The notes: generated from the sequence alone by a model not told the origin. A stretch of DNA of 64,000 nt from Okamejei kenojei (GCA_035221665.1 CM069149.1:21204001-21268000); one strand, 5' to 3'. Counted from the first letter of the stretch, positions 24,885-37,772 are shown. Made by a program: numbers and translations.

Positions 24885-25400
24885 GTGGAGAACTGCATGG
24901 TTTGGGAGCATCTCCATCCAAGACCGCAAGAAATTACAGAGAATTGTGTGAGAAGCCCAGACCATCACACAAACCAATATCCCCCCCCAGTGATTCCATC
25001 TACACTTCACGCTGCCTCGGCAAAGCCACCAGCGTTATCAAGGACGAGTCTCACCCCGGACACTCCCTCTTCTCCCCTCTCCCATCAGGCAAGAGGTACA
25101 GAAGTGTGAAAATGCACACCTCCAGATTCAGGGACAGTTTCTTCACAGCTGTTATCAGGCAACTGAACCATACTATCAACAACTAGAGAGTAGTCCTGAG
25201 CTACTATCTAACTCATTGGAGATCCTTGGACTATCTTGAATCAGACTTTACTGGACTTTATCTTGCACTAAACGTTATTCCCTTTATCATGTATCTGTAC
25301 ACTGTGGATGGCTGGATTGCAATCATGTATTGTTTTTCCACAGGACTGGTTAGCATGCAACAAAAGCTTTTCACTGTACCTCGGTGCAGGTGACATTTAA
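24885..25400 (+). mobile_element. Rex1/Babar LINE 3' fragment
   Basis: TAWFGSISIQDRKKLQRIV...HPGHSLFSPLPSGKRYRSVKMHTSRFRDSFF plus 3' UTR. Confidence 0.88.
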
Positions 25401-25837
25401 CAAAACAAAACTAAACTAAATAGCACTGACTGTCTGAAGACAACCCGAAACGTGGCCCATTTCCTTCGCTCCATAGATGCTGCCTCACCCGCTGAGTTTC
25501 ACCAACATTTTTGTCTAGCAACTGACTGGCATGCTGGTTAGAGGTGGTGCGGTGTAGAGTCACTGGATTGACATGGCGTGAAGGATTTTACAAATAAGGC
25601 AAGATTGAGGAAGATTGATCTGTATGAAACATGATGTCATTGAAATATAGAAACTGCCTGGGAAAATATTCCCTGTCAGTAGAACTAACCATGTTAAATA
25701 TTAGTGGCTGACTGTTATATTCTGTCTCTGAAATTAATTTCCACAAGTCAACATTCAGCCGCTACTACATTGCTCATTTAGCCTTATCAACCAGGGATGA
25801 ATTTCCAGGCAATACTATTCTGAAGTGGATTGACAGG

Positions 25838-26412
25838 TGTTAGGTACTTCCCCCCCCTCTGGTGAATGCTATGTACTTAACTATTCTGTTTCTCTCCTGA
25901 GTGCAGGCCCCGTGGCTGGGAGTCAGCAATCAAGGGGTTAAGGGCTCCTGTACCCGATTGGCCAAGCTGCGTCAGGTGATGGGTGACTCATCGAAAGCTT
26001 AAATATCAGGAGTCTCCCAGAATGCTCTCTCTCTTCGTCGACCCTGACTCATGAACAGACTGTGGTTTGAACTGCAGGAGGCCTGGCCACATGGCATAGA
26101 ACTTGGTGTATTATTACCTACATTTGTAAATTAATATTGAATTGGGACGGATAAGGGTTGACCTGAGGGTTTTTGTGTATTTTGTTTCTGGGTTATTTCC
26201 ATTTAGGCAGGTTAGAGACTCTAGTTCGACGGCCCATTGCGAGGCTGGCTGGAGCACTGTTATCTTTGTTTATTAGTTTATTCTTGTCCTTGACTGGGTT
26301 GTTTGAATCAGGTTTGGGTTTTAACAAAATAAAATACTATTTTCTTGAACTTGAGCCTGGTTTTTGACTATGTTACGCGGCTCTGAAGTACCTGCATTCG
26401 GGAGTCGTAACA
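25838..26412 (+). mobile_element. Solo LTR
   Basis: TGTTA...TAACA termini; perfect 5-bp TSD ACAGG (25833-25837 / 26413-26417); ATTGG, TGCGTCA, TGACTCA and TA-rich promoter motifs; AATAAA near the 3' end. Confidence 0.88.
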
Positions 26413-26459
26413 ACAGGCTAGATGATAGGAGGCTAATTCCTCTCACAGAAGGTCTAGGT

Positions 26460-26750
26460 CGGCAGCACAGCAGCCCTGCAGCACCAGAGACCCGGGTTCA
26501 ATCCTGACCACGGGTGCTGTCTGTATGCAATTTGCACATTCTTCCCTGTAACCATGTGGGTTTTCTCCGGGTGCACCGGTTTCCTCCCACAATCCAAAGG
26601 CATGTGGGTTTATTGGCTACTGCAAATTTCCCCTGGTGCGTAGGGAGTGAATGGGAAAGTGGGATAGCATAGAAATAGTGTGAACGGGTGATCGATGGTT
26701 GGCGTGGACTAGGTGGGCCAAAGGGCCTGTTTCAAAACTATCTCTAAACT
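26460..26750 (+). mobile_element. HE1/V-SINE-type SINE
   Basis: B box GGTTCAATCC, V-domain, tail. Confidence 0.85.
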
Positions 26751-27807
26751 ATCACTTGTTAGCTGTTGCCGCATGTCGTAGCATCCTCTCCCCGACCTCC
26801 CCCTCCACCTCTCTCCCTCGATGCTACTACCACTCTTCATCTGTCAGTCTGAAGAATGGCCCAACTCGTCCATGCTGACCAGAAGTGCCTAGCTGAGCTA
26901 GTCCGATTTTACCCCCTGAACATGACTCCTAGAACATAGAACATAGAACAAAGAATGTGGAAAGAAGCTGGAGCACCTGGAGAAAACCCACTCAGGCACA
27001 GAGAGAACATACAAACTCCATACAGATAGCACCCGTACTCAGTTATAAACCTGGTCCTCTGGCGCTGTAAGGCAGCAACTCTTTCCACTGCGTTACGGAG
27101 TTTATACGTTCTCCCTGTGATTGTGTGGGTTTTCCCCGGGTGCTCCAGTATTATATTAACCTAACAGCACAAAACTAGACTATTCGGCCCATCTGATCCA
27201 GGCTAATGTTATGTTCTGTGATGGTCTTCGTTATAACTTTCTTCTATTTATTTTTCCATAGAACATTGAACACAAGAGAACACCAACTGTCCATTTCCCT
27301 CCACAGATGCCAGATGACCCATTGAGTTTTTCCAGCTATTCTTCTGGAATCAGGTGGCAATCTTTTGATGTTATTTTAACTCCACTGGTGTTCATTAGAT
27401 GATACAAGGGGCAACAAACTACCACTCACTCCTTCATCTTTTAGAAGTGATGGAACTCTGTGGGTCGGTGAACATCCTTGACTCTGTGAAAAGAGGCAAG
27501 CTGAATAAGGCATCTAAGAAAAGAATTAAGTCCAGACATATCTGGCAAGTGTGACAATATAAAAGAACTATAAAAGCAATAGCTCAGCATTAGGCTTGCC
27601 AGCCTTTTATTATTTACATTGACAGAGGAATTGCACCACAGTTACAAATACGTCGTCAGCTATTTTGTTTGTTTGCTCAGTTATTTCTCGGTAAATTTAG
27701 CTACTAAGTAAATCGTAATGAATCGCGGGTCTCAAGATCATCACTATTGTTTCTTGAACATGCAAGCTAGAACCTAGTGAGCCGGAGGTGCAAAGCTCAA
27801 TAAATCA

Positions 27808-28050
27808 GTTGCTGCCTGACAGCACCAGAGACCCAGGTTTGATCCTGACTACGGGTGCTGCCTCTACGGAGTTTGTACGTTCTCCCTGTGACTGCGAGGG
27901 TGCTTTGGTTTCTTCACACGCTCCAAAGATGTACAAGTTTGTAGGTAAATTGTCTTCGCTAAAATTTTAAAATTGCCTCTAGTGTGTAGGATAGTGCTGG
28001 TTGCTGGTTGGCGTGGGCGGTTTCTGCACTGTATTTCTAAACTCTAAATG
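27808..28050 (+). mobile_element. HE1/V-SINE-type SINE, 5'-clipped
   Basis: GTTGCTGCC...GGTTTGATCCTGACTACGGGTGCTG. Confidence 0.8.
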
Positions 28051-28454
28051 TTTAAAAATTCCTAGGTTTTGTTTTAAATTCACCATTCTGAGGATATGCA
28101 TTTGCATATAAGTCCAGCACTAAATGTCCATTGCTTGCAGTCCTTGCATTTGGCTTCCTACTGGGCCTTTTCATAAGTGAATCATGGAAACAAGCCCTCA
28201 CCCGCATTTAAACATTCATTTACATTAATCCGACATGAATCCTTTTTATTTTGTTTTCCCCACATTCCCATGAACTGCTGTTGGATTCTATCACTCATTC
28301 AAGGAGCAATATATTGTGGGCAACTAACCTACCAATCTGCATTTCCTTTAGCAAAGTCAATAGCCTGTGCAGTCCTTGTCTGATGTATGGTGTCTTAGCA
28401 GAGAAACAGGCCTTTTGGCCTAACTCATCCATATTGACCAAGTTGCCATTTTTG

Positions 28455-28965
28455 ACAATAGACAATAGACAACAGGTGCAGGAGTAGGCCATTTGGCCCT
28501 TCGAGCCAGCACCGCCATTCAATGTGATCATGGCTGATCATCCCCAATCAGTACCCTGTTCCTGCCTTCTCCCCATATCCCCTGATTCCGCTATTTTTAA
28601 GAGCCCTATCTAGCTCTCTTGAAAGCATCCAGAGAACCTGCCTCCACCGCCCTCTGAGGCAGAGAATTCCACAGACTCACCACTCTCTGTGAGAAAAAAG
28701 TGTTTCCTCGTCTCCGTTCTAAATGGCTTACTCCTTATTCTTATTTTAGTCTCTGAAATGTGACTCATGGACCATAGAGCATGTAACATAGAACAGTACA
28801 GCAAAGGAACAGATCCTTCGGCCCACATTGTCCATTCCGAACATAATGCCAGGCTAATCTCATCTGCCTGCACATGATCCATATCCCTCTATTTCTTGCA
28901 TTTCCATGTGCCTCTCAAAAAGCCTCTTAAATGCCACGATTGTATCTGCCTCCACCACTACCACT
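28455..28965 (-). mobile_element. Two adjacent CR1 3' fragments
   Basis: GACAATAGACAA tail with RTETRKHFF remnant; second tail at 28780-28965. Confidence 0.75.
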
Positions 28966-29320
28966 GGCCACGCCCGATCCACAACAAGATTATGTTGTAG
29001 CTCTTCAATGATACGGGCAAATATTTGTTTAAACATGGTGAGGGTTTCTCTCTCTACACTTTTTCAAGCAATGAGATCCAGACCATAATGACATTCTTAG
29101 TGTAAAAACTTCCATCTTCCTTATTTAAACTTCTGCCTTCAATCTATTATCCTTGCATTTTAACCTCTCTGCTATTTGAAGGAGTACTTTCTTGCTAATT
29201 CTGTCTATTATAGAGTCTCTCCTCATCTTGTTCTAGAGCAAACAACCTTTCCTTGAGAGCTTGACTCAAACCTCAAAACATTAACAGTTCCTCTCTCAAG
29301 TTCTCTCACCACAGCACAAG

Positions 29321-29737
29321 CGGCATGGTGGCGCAGCTGGTAAAGCCACTGCCTCACAGCACCAGACACCCGTGTTCGATCCTGACCTCAGGTGCTGCCT
29401 GTGTGGAGTTTGCACATTCTCCGTGTGACCGGGTGGGTTTCCTGCAGGTGCTCCTTTTCCCTCCCATACCCTCAAGATGTGCGGGGTTGTAGGTTAATTG
29501 GCCCTCTGCAAATTGTCCTTGGTGTGTAGGATAGAACTAGTGAACTTGCAATCGCTGGTCGGCAAGAACTTTGTGGGCCGAAGGGGCTGTTTCCATGCTG
29601 TTTCTCTAAAATTAAAATTTGTAGGGAATAGATGAGAAAGTGGAATAAAGTGGAACTAGTGTGAACAGGTAATCGATGGTCAATGTGGACTCGGTGGGCC
29701 GAAGGGCCTGTTTCTATGCTGGATCTCTGAACTAAAC
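29321..29737 (+). mobile_element. SINE with duplicated 3' tail
   Basis: GTGGGCCGAAGGG.CTGTTTC occurs twice (~29573 and ~29694). Confidence 0.82.
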
Positions 29738-30049
29738 GAAAGATGCTGCCTGACCCACTGAGTGTTTCCAGCATTTTCTATTTTTAGTTCAGATTTCCAG
29801 CATCTGCAATTAAAAAAATTTTTTTTTTTTTCAATGCCCAAGCATTTCCACTTTCAGCTCTTTATTGGACTCCAATTTTCTGTCAAAATGCTCCCAAATG
29901 TCAACTGCATCCTCTGCAGTGCAATCGCATCTTCCCTGTCAGGTGGTGACCAAAAAACTCAAGCAATACACTAATGCTGCAGCCAACAGGAGGCAAGCAG
30001 CCCTGACAAATTCGCAGATTTGGTCTGCAAAATAAGTACAGTATATGGT

Positions 30050-30362
30050 GTTTAGTTTAGTTTAGTTGAGAGATATCGTGTGGAAACAGTCCCTGCGGCT
30101 CACTGAGTCCATGCCAACCAACGATCACCCGTACACTAGTTCTATCCTACACAGTAGGGACGATTTTACAGACGCCTATAAACCCTATAAGCCTACACGT
30201 CTTTGGAATTTGGGAGGAAATCGGAGTAACAGGAGGAAACCCACGTGGTCACGTGGAGAACGTGCAAACTCAGCACAAATTACCCAAGCAACCACAGTCA
30301 GGATCGAACCCAGGTCTCTGACGCTATAGGGCCGCAACTTTGCCGCTGCGCCACTGTGCCAC
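30050..30362 (-). mobile_element. HE1/V-SINE-type SINE
   Basis: (TTTAG)n through GCCGCTGCGCCACTGTGCC. Confidence 0.88.
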
Positions 30363-31734
30363 CCCCTACCATCCCATCTGAGATCCTAAAATCATTGTGA
30401 AACACAGACCACCTTGCTTTAAGACACTATTATAATGAATTATTCCCTTTAAGAAACTGGGCATGAAGTAGCAACATATTGATGTACTCTACTGCACTGA
30501 CCACAGGAAACAAGTGAAATGCTCTTAAAAGCATCACTCAGCCTCAGGCATAGAGAGAAAGGTTAGTATGGACAATAGTGAGAAAATCATATTGGGTAAA
30601 GAGCAGTAGGAATTATAGGGTCAGGTCAGGATATAACATTTCATGAGCTAAGAGCAGATTAATTGGTGCCAGGGATATGATTGACCATATGATTGACCAT
30701 TATCAATCTGGCGTAAGCCTTATAAGAGTTATAGCTCAAACTACAATGGCAGAATATTTTATCACCATAAAATGGACAGTGAAAGCAGTGGATAATTTAT
30801 GCAGTGTAACAGTGTTGTCTTTTTTACACCAAGCTGGACTCGCCACTTTCTGTGAAATGTGACTTTTGTTTTCCTGAGAGTAAATAGTGAAAGAATTTGG
30901 CTGCAAATTGTTGGTCCAATTTCATCTGCAAGGTAATTAAGACGAGCCTCGCATGTTAATGAGTTCCTCATGTGTAGGAACTGCCATGTACAAATGATGC
31001 CAATGTTAGAGCGGGACTCTGCAGAAAGGAACTACAGATGCTGGTTTACGCCGAAGATAGACACAAAAAGCTGGGGTAACTCAGCGGGTCAGGCAGCATC
31101 TCTGGAAAAAGGGAATAGGTAACATTTTGGGTCGAGACACTTCTATAGACTGAGAGTGAGGGGAGAGGGAACATTGAACCATTGAGGGCTCCACCTTTCC
31201 TTGATCATCGTTGCTGGCTTTGATTTGTCCTTTCGCAATAGGAAGTTTCGGTATCAATTCCCCGAGGAATAGAAAGTGGGTGCTGATGGAATTTCCAGAC
31301 TAAAAACAGACACAAGTGAGACCGATTTCTAGTCAAAATGCCCTTAACACCTTCACCAGAATTCAGTTTCTCTGCCACTACATCTCTCTGCACACTGCTT
31401 CCCAAGTTATTTAATTGCAGTTGACAGTTCAACAGGTGAAAGCTGACAAATTTGCTTGCACAGAAGTGTTGCAGGCTATGTGGCGGTGAATTTTTGATCA
31501 AATGTTTGCACACCTTGTGAAGTTTGTTCCAGATCTCACACACAAACAAGATAATGAGAGGGAAGGATCGGGTAAACGCCCAGTCTTTTGCCCAGAGTCT
31601 TTTACCCAGAGTTTTACCTCAAGAACCTGAGGACATAGGTTTAAGGTGAGGGGGGAAAGATTTAATAGGAATCTGAGGTGCAACTTTTTTACACAAAGGG
31701 TGGTAGGTGCACGGAATGAGCTGCCAGAGCATCG

Positions 31735-32092
31735 CTGGAGAACATGGACAGGTGACCTTTCGGGTCAGGACCCTTCTTCAGATTTGATAGATCTCCAGGG
31801 TTGCTAACGAGGAGTGATTCTAACATTTGGTACGACAAAGAGAGAAAAAGGAGAGAGGGATAGAACCCCAGACACAGATAACCATTTACCTCTGAGGAAG
31901 GGTCCTGACCTGAAATGTCATCTTGTTCGCCAGAGATGCTGCCTGATCCGCTGAGTTATTCCAGCATTTTGTGTCCTTTTTTGGAATTGTTCAGCTAGCT
32001 GGAGGCCAGGAAACCAGACGTCAACAGCTGAGTTACTCCAGCATTTTGTGTCTTTCCTTGGTAAACCAGCATCTGCAGTTCCTTGTTTCTAC
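31735..32092. mobile_element. Inverted pair of Penelope-type repeats with hammerhead cores (31754-31781 minus, 31892-31919 plus)
   Basis: CTGAAGAAGGGTCCTGACCCGAAAGGTC (minus) and CTGAGGAAGGGTCCTGACCTGAAATGTC (plus). Confidence 0.65.
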
Positions 32093-32844
32093 GCTGCACT
32101 TTTCTTTGTATTTGTTGCAGAGCCACATTTCTGGAAGTGTGCCGTGTGTGGAGGGTTAATAAAGACCCAATGACACAATGAACGACAAAAAACACTGCGT
32201 AAGGAGATTTCCAGCTCGTTACCTTTTGCTTTGTGGAATCATCAATAGACAATTAATAAACTTGGACAATGTCGCAAGCGCTGGGTCAGAGAGACTTGGT
32301 GGCAGGAACATTGAACGCATGAGGCACGTCCGTGGGGAAGATGCATGCTTGTGGCACACGTTGCCTGAGGCAGGTCTAGGAGTGCCACCTCAGTGAACTT
32401 CTGAAAGTCATCTAGAGCCACCTCAGCGTTACGGGGATAGGTTGAACGAGGTCTCCTGGGACGCGGGCAGGTCGGTGCACTGAGTCCGCAGCAGAGTCAG
32501 ATCGGAACATGATGCTGTCATTGCCTCAGGTGAAATCATTAACTTCACTGTGGTGACACAGTCTTACCAGAGCCCTCCAAGGGATTACCCTCATCGCTCC
32601 CTTGCTCGGCCTCAGGTAAACTGTGCAACGCCAGTAAAAAATACATGAATGTAAAAAACAACGATGCAGAAATCTATGATTAATTCAAAAGCCAAAATGA
32701 ATAGGGAATCGAAACAACATCAGAAAACGAATGCATCAATGGTGATCATCATGGCAGGGTATCAACACAGAAGCATTCCATCTTGCTTTTGATCATTTAC
32801 AGAAAGTACAGGAGTGGCTGACGAGTCCAATGTTTATTCAATCT

Positions 32845-33180
32845 TTAGACTTTACACTGTAGGCTTTAGACGTCAGACTTCAGAGATGCAGCACGGAAAC
32901 AGATCCTTCGGACCACTGAGACCGTGGCAACCAGCGATTATCCCCGTGCACTAACAATATCCTACACACTAGGGACAATTTTACAATTTTTACTGAAGCT
33001 AATTAACCTACAAACTGCACATCTTTGGAATGTGGGAGGAAACCAGAGCACCTGGAGAAAACACACATGGTCTCATGGAGAACTTGCAAACTCCACACAG
33101 ACAACACCCAAGATTAGAAACAAACCCAGGTCACTGGTGCTGAGAGGCAGCAGCTCGGCCACTCTGCTACAGTGCTGCCC
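32845..33180 (-). mobile_element. HE1/V-SINE-type SINE
   Basis: Same motifs on the minus strand. Confidence 0.85.
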
Positions 33181-33296
33181 TGTACTGTTCTATGTTCCAT
33201 CATCTATGTTTTTAAGAGTCAGCTACATCGCTCTCTCTCTGGAGTTACATACAAGCCTGACAGAGAGGATCTACAAGGATGTTATCAGGACTTGAG

Positions 33297-33714
33297 TTAA
33301 GTCAAGTCAAGTCACTTTTATTTCTATAGCACATTTAATTTAAAAAAAATTCTCGTGACCAAACTGCTTTACATTGGTGGAGGTACTAACGTTATACAAC
33401 AGTGGTTCATAGATTAAGTACATACATAAATACATACATATAGCCCTCCCACAGAGGAAGTCAAGAAAGGCTTGAGGGTAAAGATGAGTTTTAAGTCTCG
33501 ACTTAAAAGAGTCGATGGAGGGGGCAGTTCTGATGGGAAGAGGGAAGCTGTTCCACAGTCTAGGAGCTGCAACCGCAAAGGCGCGGTCGCCCCTGAGCTT
33601 AAGCCTAGACCACGGGATGGTCAGTAACCCCAAGTCGGCCGGTCTGAGTGACCTGGAGGCGATGTGGTGGGTAAGCTGACTTTTGATGTAACCTTCAGAC
33701 TGTTGATGTAACTT
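33297..33714 (-). mobile_element. L2 LINE 3' fragment inserted in a CR1 remnant
   Basis: SRSLRPADLGLLTIPWSRLKLRGDRAFAVAAPRLWNSFPLPIRTAPSIDSFKSRLKTHLY; AATAAA and (TTGAC)n tail; TTGAG on both sides. Confidence 0.88.
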
Positions 33715-33916
33715 TTGAGGGCCTGAGTTATAAGGAGAGTTATAGCAGTGTTTCAAATTCCATGCCTGGCCATTAGCAATAATAACACAAAAACACCAGA
33801 AAGTAGCAGCAGGAGTAAAGCACGTGTCCACTCACGCCTGCCCTGCCATTCAGTACAGTCGTAGTTGGTTAGCCCCAGACCTCAACTCCCCTTCCGTACT
33901 CATTTACAGTTTACAG

Positions 33917-34218
33917 GTTAGAGATACTGTGTGAAAACAGGTCCTTCGGCCCACCGAGTCCACACCGACCATCGATCACTCGTGTACCAGTCCGATCCTA
34001 CACACTATCCTACACACTGGGGTCAATTTACAGAAGCCAGTTAACCAACAAACATGCAGGTCTTTGGAAAATGGGAGGAAACTGGAGCATCAGGAGGAAA
34101 CCCATGCGGTCACTGGGAGAATGTGCAAACTCCGTACAGACAGCAGCTGTAGTCAGGATCAAACCCGGGTCTCTGGCGCTAGGAGGCGGCAGCTGTAACG
34201 CTGTGTCACTGTGCCACC
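33917..34218 (-). mobile_element. HE1/V-SINE-type SINE
   Basis: Same motifs on the minus strand. Confidence 0.85.
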
Positions 34219-34946
34219 ATTCTTTAAATACCTCCAGCGATCTAGCCTCTACAACTCTCTGGGGTAGAAGATTTCAAAGATTTATCACAAACTCCAAGGC
34301 AACATTGTTTTAAATGACTGCTCCCTAATCTTGCAACTATGTTCCCTCATTGGAGATTCTCCCACCAGTGGATAAATCTCCATATGTACCCTGTCAGGCC
34401 CCCTCAGAACTGCAGGATCTTTAATTATATAAAATTGACACCTGAACACAATGTACTATGCCCCCTGCAACCGAACTCATCGAATGTGACAGAGTACATC
34501 CAGCTACAGCCATCTTAGTTCCACTGACTAAGGATAAATTTCTTGGCACAGACGTGCATGTCTGCCAGGTTTTACTTTTTAATCATCTTGCGCACAATGA
34601 GTTTCTCCGGAGATGGCCTTGTGGCTTATACAGATTTTCCAGCACGATTTTAAAGAGGAAGGTCAGGTTTTGGATTCCAGTTGAATATTCTCGCTCAAAC
34701 AATGAAGTACATTATCTGCTCCTACATGCACTGCTGCTGTGGGATACTGCTGTGTGTTCCACTCTGACAGTCGCCATTCCAGTTGCCGGTTTTTCAGGCG
34801 ACTGCCGGCAACTTGACAGTCGACTGCAATCCGCTGAAAAATAGCCTAAGTGGGACAGGCCCATTACTCTTTTCTCGTTTGTGTGGATGCTGCTTGACTT
34901 GTGAATATTTCCAGAATTTTGTGTGTTGATTAGATTAAGTGTCGAT

Positions 34947-35590
34947 GTTTTAGTTTAGAGATACAGCACGGAAACAGGCTCTTCAGCCCACTGGGTCTGT
35001 ATCGACCAGCAATCCCGCACATTAACTCAATCCTACACCAACTAGGGACATTTTTTACACATACGCCAAGCCTATTAACCTACAAAACGGTACATCTTTG
35101 GAGTGTGGGAGGAAACCAAAGATCACGGGGTAAACCAGCGTGATCACGGGGAGAATGTACAAACTCCGTACAGACAGGACTCGTAGTCGGGATCTAACCT
35201 GGGTCTCTGGTGCTGCGCCTTAAGGCTGCTGCGCCACTGTTCCGTCCTGTTAGATGGTGTTTAAATGTCATGAAAGATCCTCAGAAAGCCAAGCACTGCT
35301 TGGGTGAGACACTTGGGGTGGCAAGGAGGCACAGCAGTAGAGCTGCTGCCTTACAGCTCCAGAGACCTAGGTTAGATCCTGACTACAAGTGCTGTCTGCA
35401 CAGAGTTTGTACATTCTCTCTGGGACCGCGTGGGTTTTCTCCGGGAGGTCCGGTTTTTTCCCACAACCCAAAGACCTACTGGTTTGCAGGATAATTGGCT
35501 TCTGTAATTTGTCCCTAGTGTGTAGGATAGTGTCTGTAAATTGTCCCTAGCATGTAGGTTCTGTTTCCACGCTGTTTCTCTGAAAATAAA
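34947..35590. mobile_element. Two head-to-head SINEs (34947-35243 minus, 35328-35590 plus)
   Basis: Opposed tRNA-like heads about 85 bp apart. Confidence 0.85.
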
Positions 35591-36113
35591 AACTTAAAAC
35601 TTGGGTTTTCTGATGAAAAGTCACCAATCCGAGATGTAAACCCATCTATACAGTTGCTGTCTGACCACTGAGTATTGGGAGAGGTTTAAATTTTGCAGCA
35701 TTTTGGTTTTCCAGTAGGTTTTACAACTAGTTTTACAATAGCTGCCTCAAAACTTGCTTACACACAGACTAACGAGGAATCCACAAGAGTGCACAATCAA
35801 TATTTTGAACATCCGTGTTGCTTAACCACCTTGCCCTTCTGGTAAATTGATTCTGTCTTGAAGCTGATCCCCAGGTGTTTCAAAGATATGAGTTAGGATG
35901 TGGCAGGTTACAAAAGATCGAGACTGCACGTGACTGCAATTTCCAACAGGAACATTTGTGCCTGTCAGAGCGACACTTGTTGAAGAGACATACTAGCTAT
36001 CCGCAGATATAAATACCAAGGAAAATAGTACGTGTTCTCATTGTTCCTGTTACAATTATAATGCAATCACTGCCTAAATTTGAGACTACGCATATTTTCA
36101 AGATACTGGTTTA

Positions 36114-36847
36114 AGGGCCTGTCTCATCAGCATGCGACTCCAGGCGGTGAGCGCGACCTAACGTGGTCGCTTGAGCCGTCCGGCCTCACGGGGCCGGTCC
36201 CACTTCGATCGCTGGAGCCGTATGGAGTTATGCGGAGCTGGTCCCGACATCGCGCGGGGCTCTAAAAAACTGACCGTTCAAAAATTCCGCGCGGCAATGG
36301 CCTGTCGGCCCGCAGCCGCCTCGACGCATTACGCACCGCCTCACGTCGTGCCTCCGTGACCCTCTCTATATGTGCCTCCGTGACCCTCTCTGTGTGCCTC
36401 TGTGGCCCTCTCTTTGTGTGCCTCCGTAACCCTCTCTCTGTGCCTCCGTGACCCTCTATATATGTGCCTCCGTGACCCTCTCTCTGTGTGCCTCCGTGAC
36501 CCTCTCTCTGTGTGCCTCCGTGACCCTCTCTCTGTGTGCCTCCGTGACCCTCTCTGTGTGCCTCCATGACCCTCTCTGTGTGCCTCCGTGTCCCTTTCTG
36601 CGTGTCCTTCTCTGTCCTTGCGAACTTACCGCGGACTTCGCTCCAACTTCGCTCCAACTTTGCGCCACGTCGCGCCACTCACCCGACCTCTGCGCGGCCC
36701 CCGCTGCCGGTTTGGTCGCGCTCGCCGCATGCAGGCGCATGCTGGTGGGACAGGCCCTGTACGGGGATCTCCCGACCTCCGCACGATCCCCGCTTCCAGT
36801 TTGGTCGCGCTCACCGCATGGAGTCGCATGCTGGTGGGACAGGCCCT
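36114..36847. mobile_element. PIF/Harbinger MITE with doubled right TIR and internal minisatellite
   Basis: TIRs AGGGCCTGTCTCATCAGCATGCGACTCCA / TGGAGTCGCATGCTGGTGGGACAGGCCCT; perfect TTA TSD (36111-36113 / 36848-36850); extra right TIR ending ~36759. Confidence 0.9.
36348..36595. repeat. 22-24 bp minisatellite, about 10-11 units
   Basis: Tandem TGTGTGCCTCCGTGACCCTCTC(TC). Confidence 0.95.
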
Positions 36848-36862
36848 TTAGAATCATTCTGG

Positions 36863-37196
36863 CTTAGTTCAATTTAGTTTAGTTCAGTTTAGAGATGCAG
36901 CGCAGAAACAGGTCCTTCGGCCCACCGAGTCTGCGCCGACTAGCGATCCCCGTACACTAGCCTTATCCTACACACTAGGGGCAGTTTACAATTTGTTTTT
37001 AACCAAAGTTAATTAACCTACAAACCTGTACAAATGTGTTTAGAGTGTGGGAGGAAACCAGAGCACCTGTGAAAAAACCCACTCGGTCACGGGAGAATGT
37101 ACAAACTCTGTTAAGACAGCACCAGTAGTCAGGATCGAACCCAGGTCTCTGACGTTATAAGGCAGCAACTCTACTGTTGCGCGATCATGCCACCCC
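36863..37196 (-). mobile_element. HE1/V-SINE-type SINE
   Basis: Full-length minus-strand copy. Confidence 0.88.
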
Positions 37197-37684
37197 ACAA
37201 AATAGAACATCAGACTGTGCCCAAATCGAAAATGAAACCAAAGAGGAATTTTAACCAGGCATCAGAGTGTGAAATGGAATGACAACCAATTTGGATAACT
37301 ACCGGTTTAATAACTACAATCATGCTAAGGTTGTCTGTGAGATTGTCGCCCAGATCTACTGTATCATTAATAATCTACCTTTGTACCACATTGCCCACAC
37401 CTCGACGTGTTCCGTGCCCTCCATGATGTAGAGATCTTCTTCCATCGCCTCAGACTTCAAGCCCTTTTATAAGTTCATATGTTCGTAAGTTATAGGACAG
37501 AATTAGGCAACCTTCAACATGCCCCCCTCCTCTTGTAGCCCCCCTACCAACCTTCTACCCTCCATGGACCTTTTTATTTTCACTGCCAGCATGACATCGG
37601 TCTTCAGAAGGGGCCGGCCAGAAACATCACCCATCCATTTTCTCCCTTCTTCAGACTGAAAGTAGAGGGTGTTAAAGGTGTTGG

Positions 37685-37772
37685 TGGGGGAGCAGGAGGG
37701 GGGTAGGAGGGGGGGAGTAGGAGGGGGGGAGTAGGAGGGGGGAGGGATGGAGGGGGGGGATGGAGGTGGAGG
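37685..37772 (+). repeat. G-rich low-complexity tract within a Penelope-type remnant
   Basis: Repeated GTAGGAGGGGGGGA / GATGGAGGGGGGG units. Confidence 0.85.

Noticed and set aside
27445-27495. 51-nt exon candidate (VMELCGSVNILDSVKR) with vague kinase-hinge resemblance
   Set aside because: Needs a GC donor, similarity is weak and no partner exons were found
36262-36877. Repeat-protein ORFs (REGHGGTQ / CASVTLSL)
   Set aside because: Produced by the 24-bp minisatellite inside a MITE
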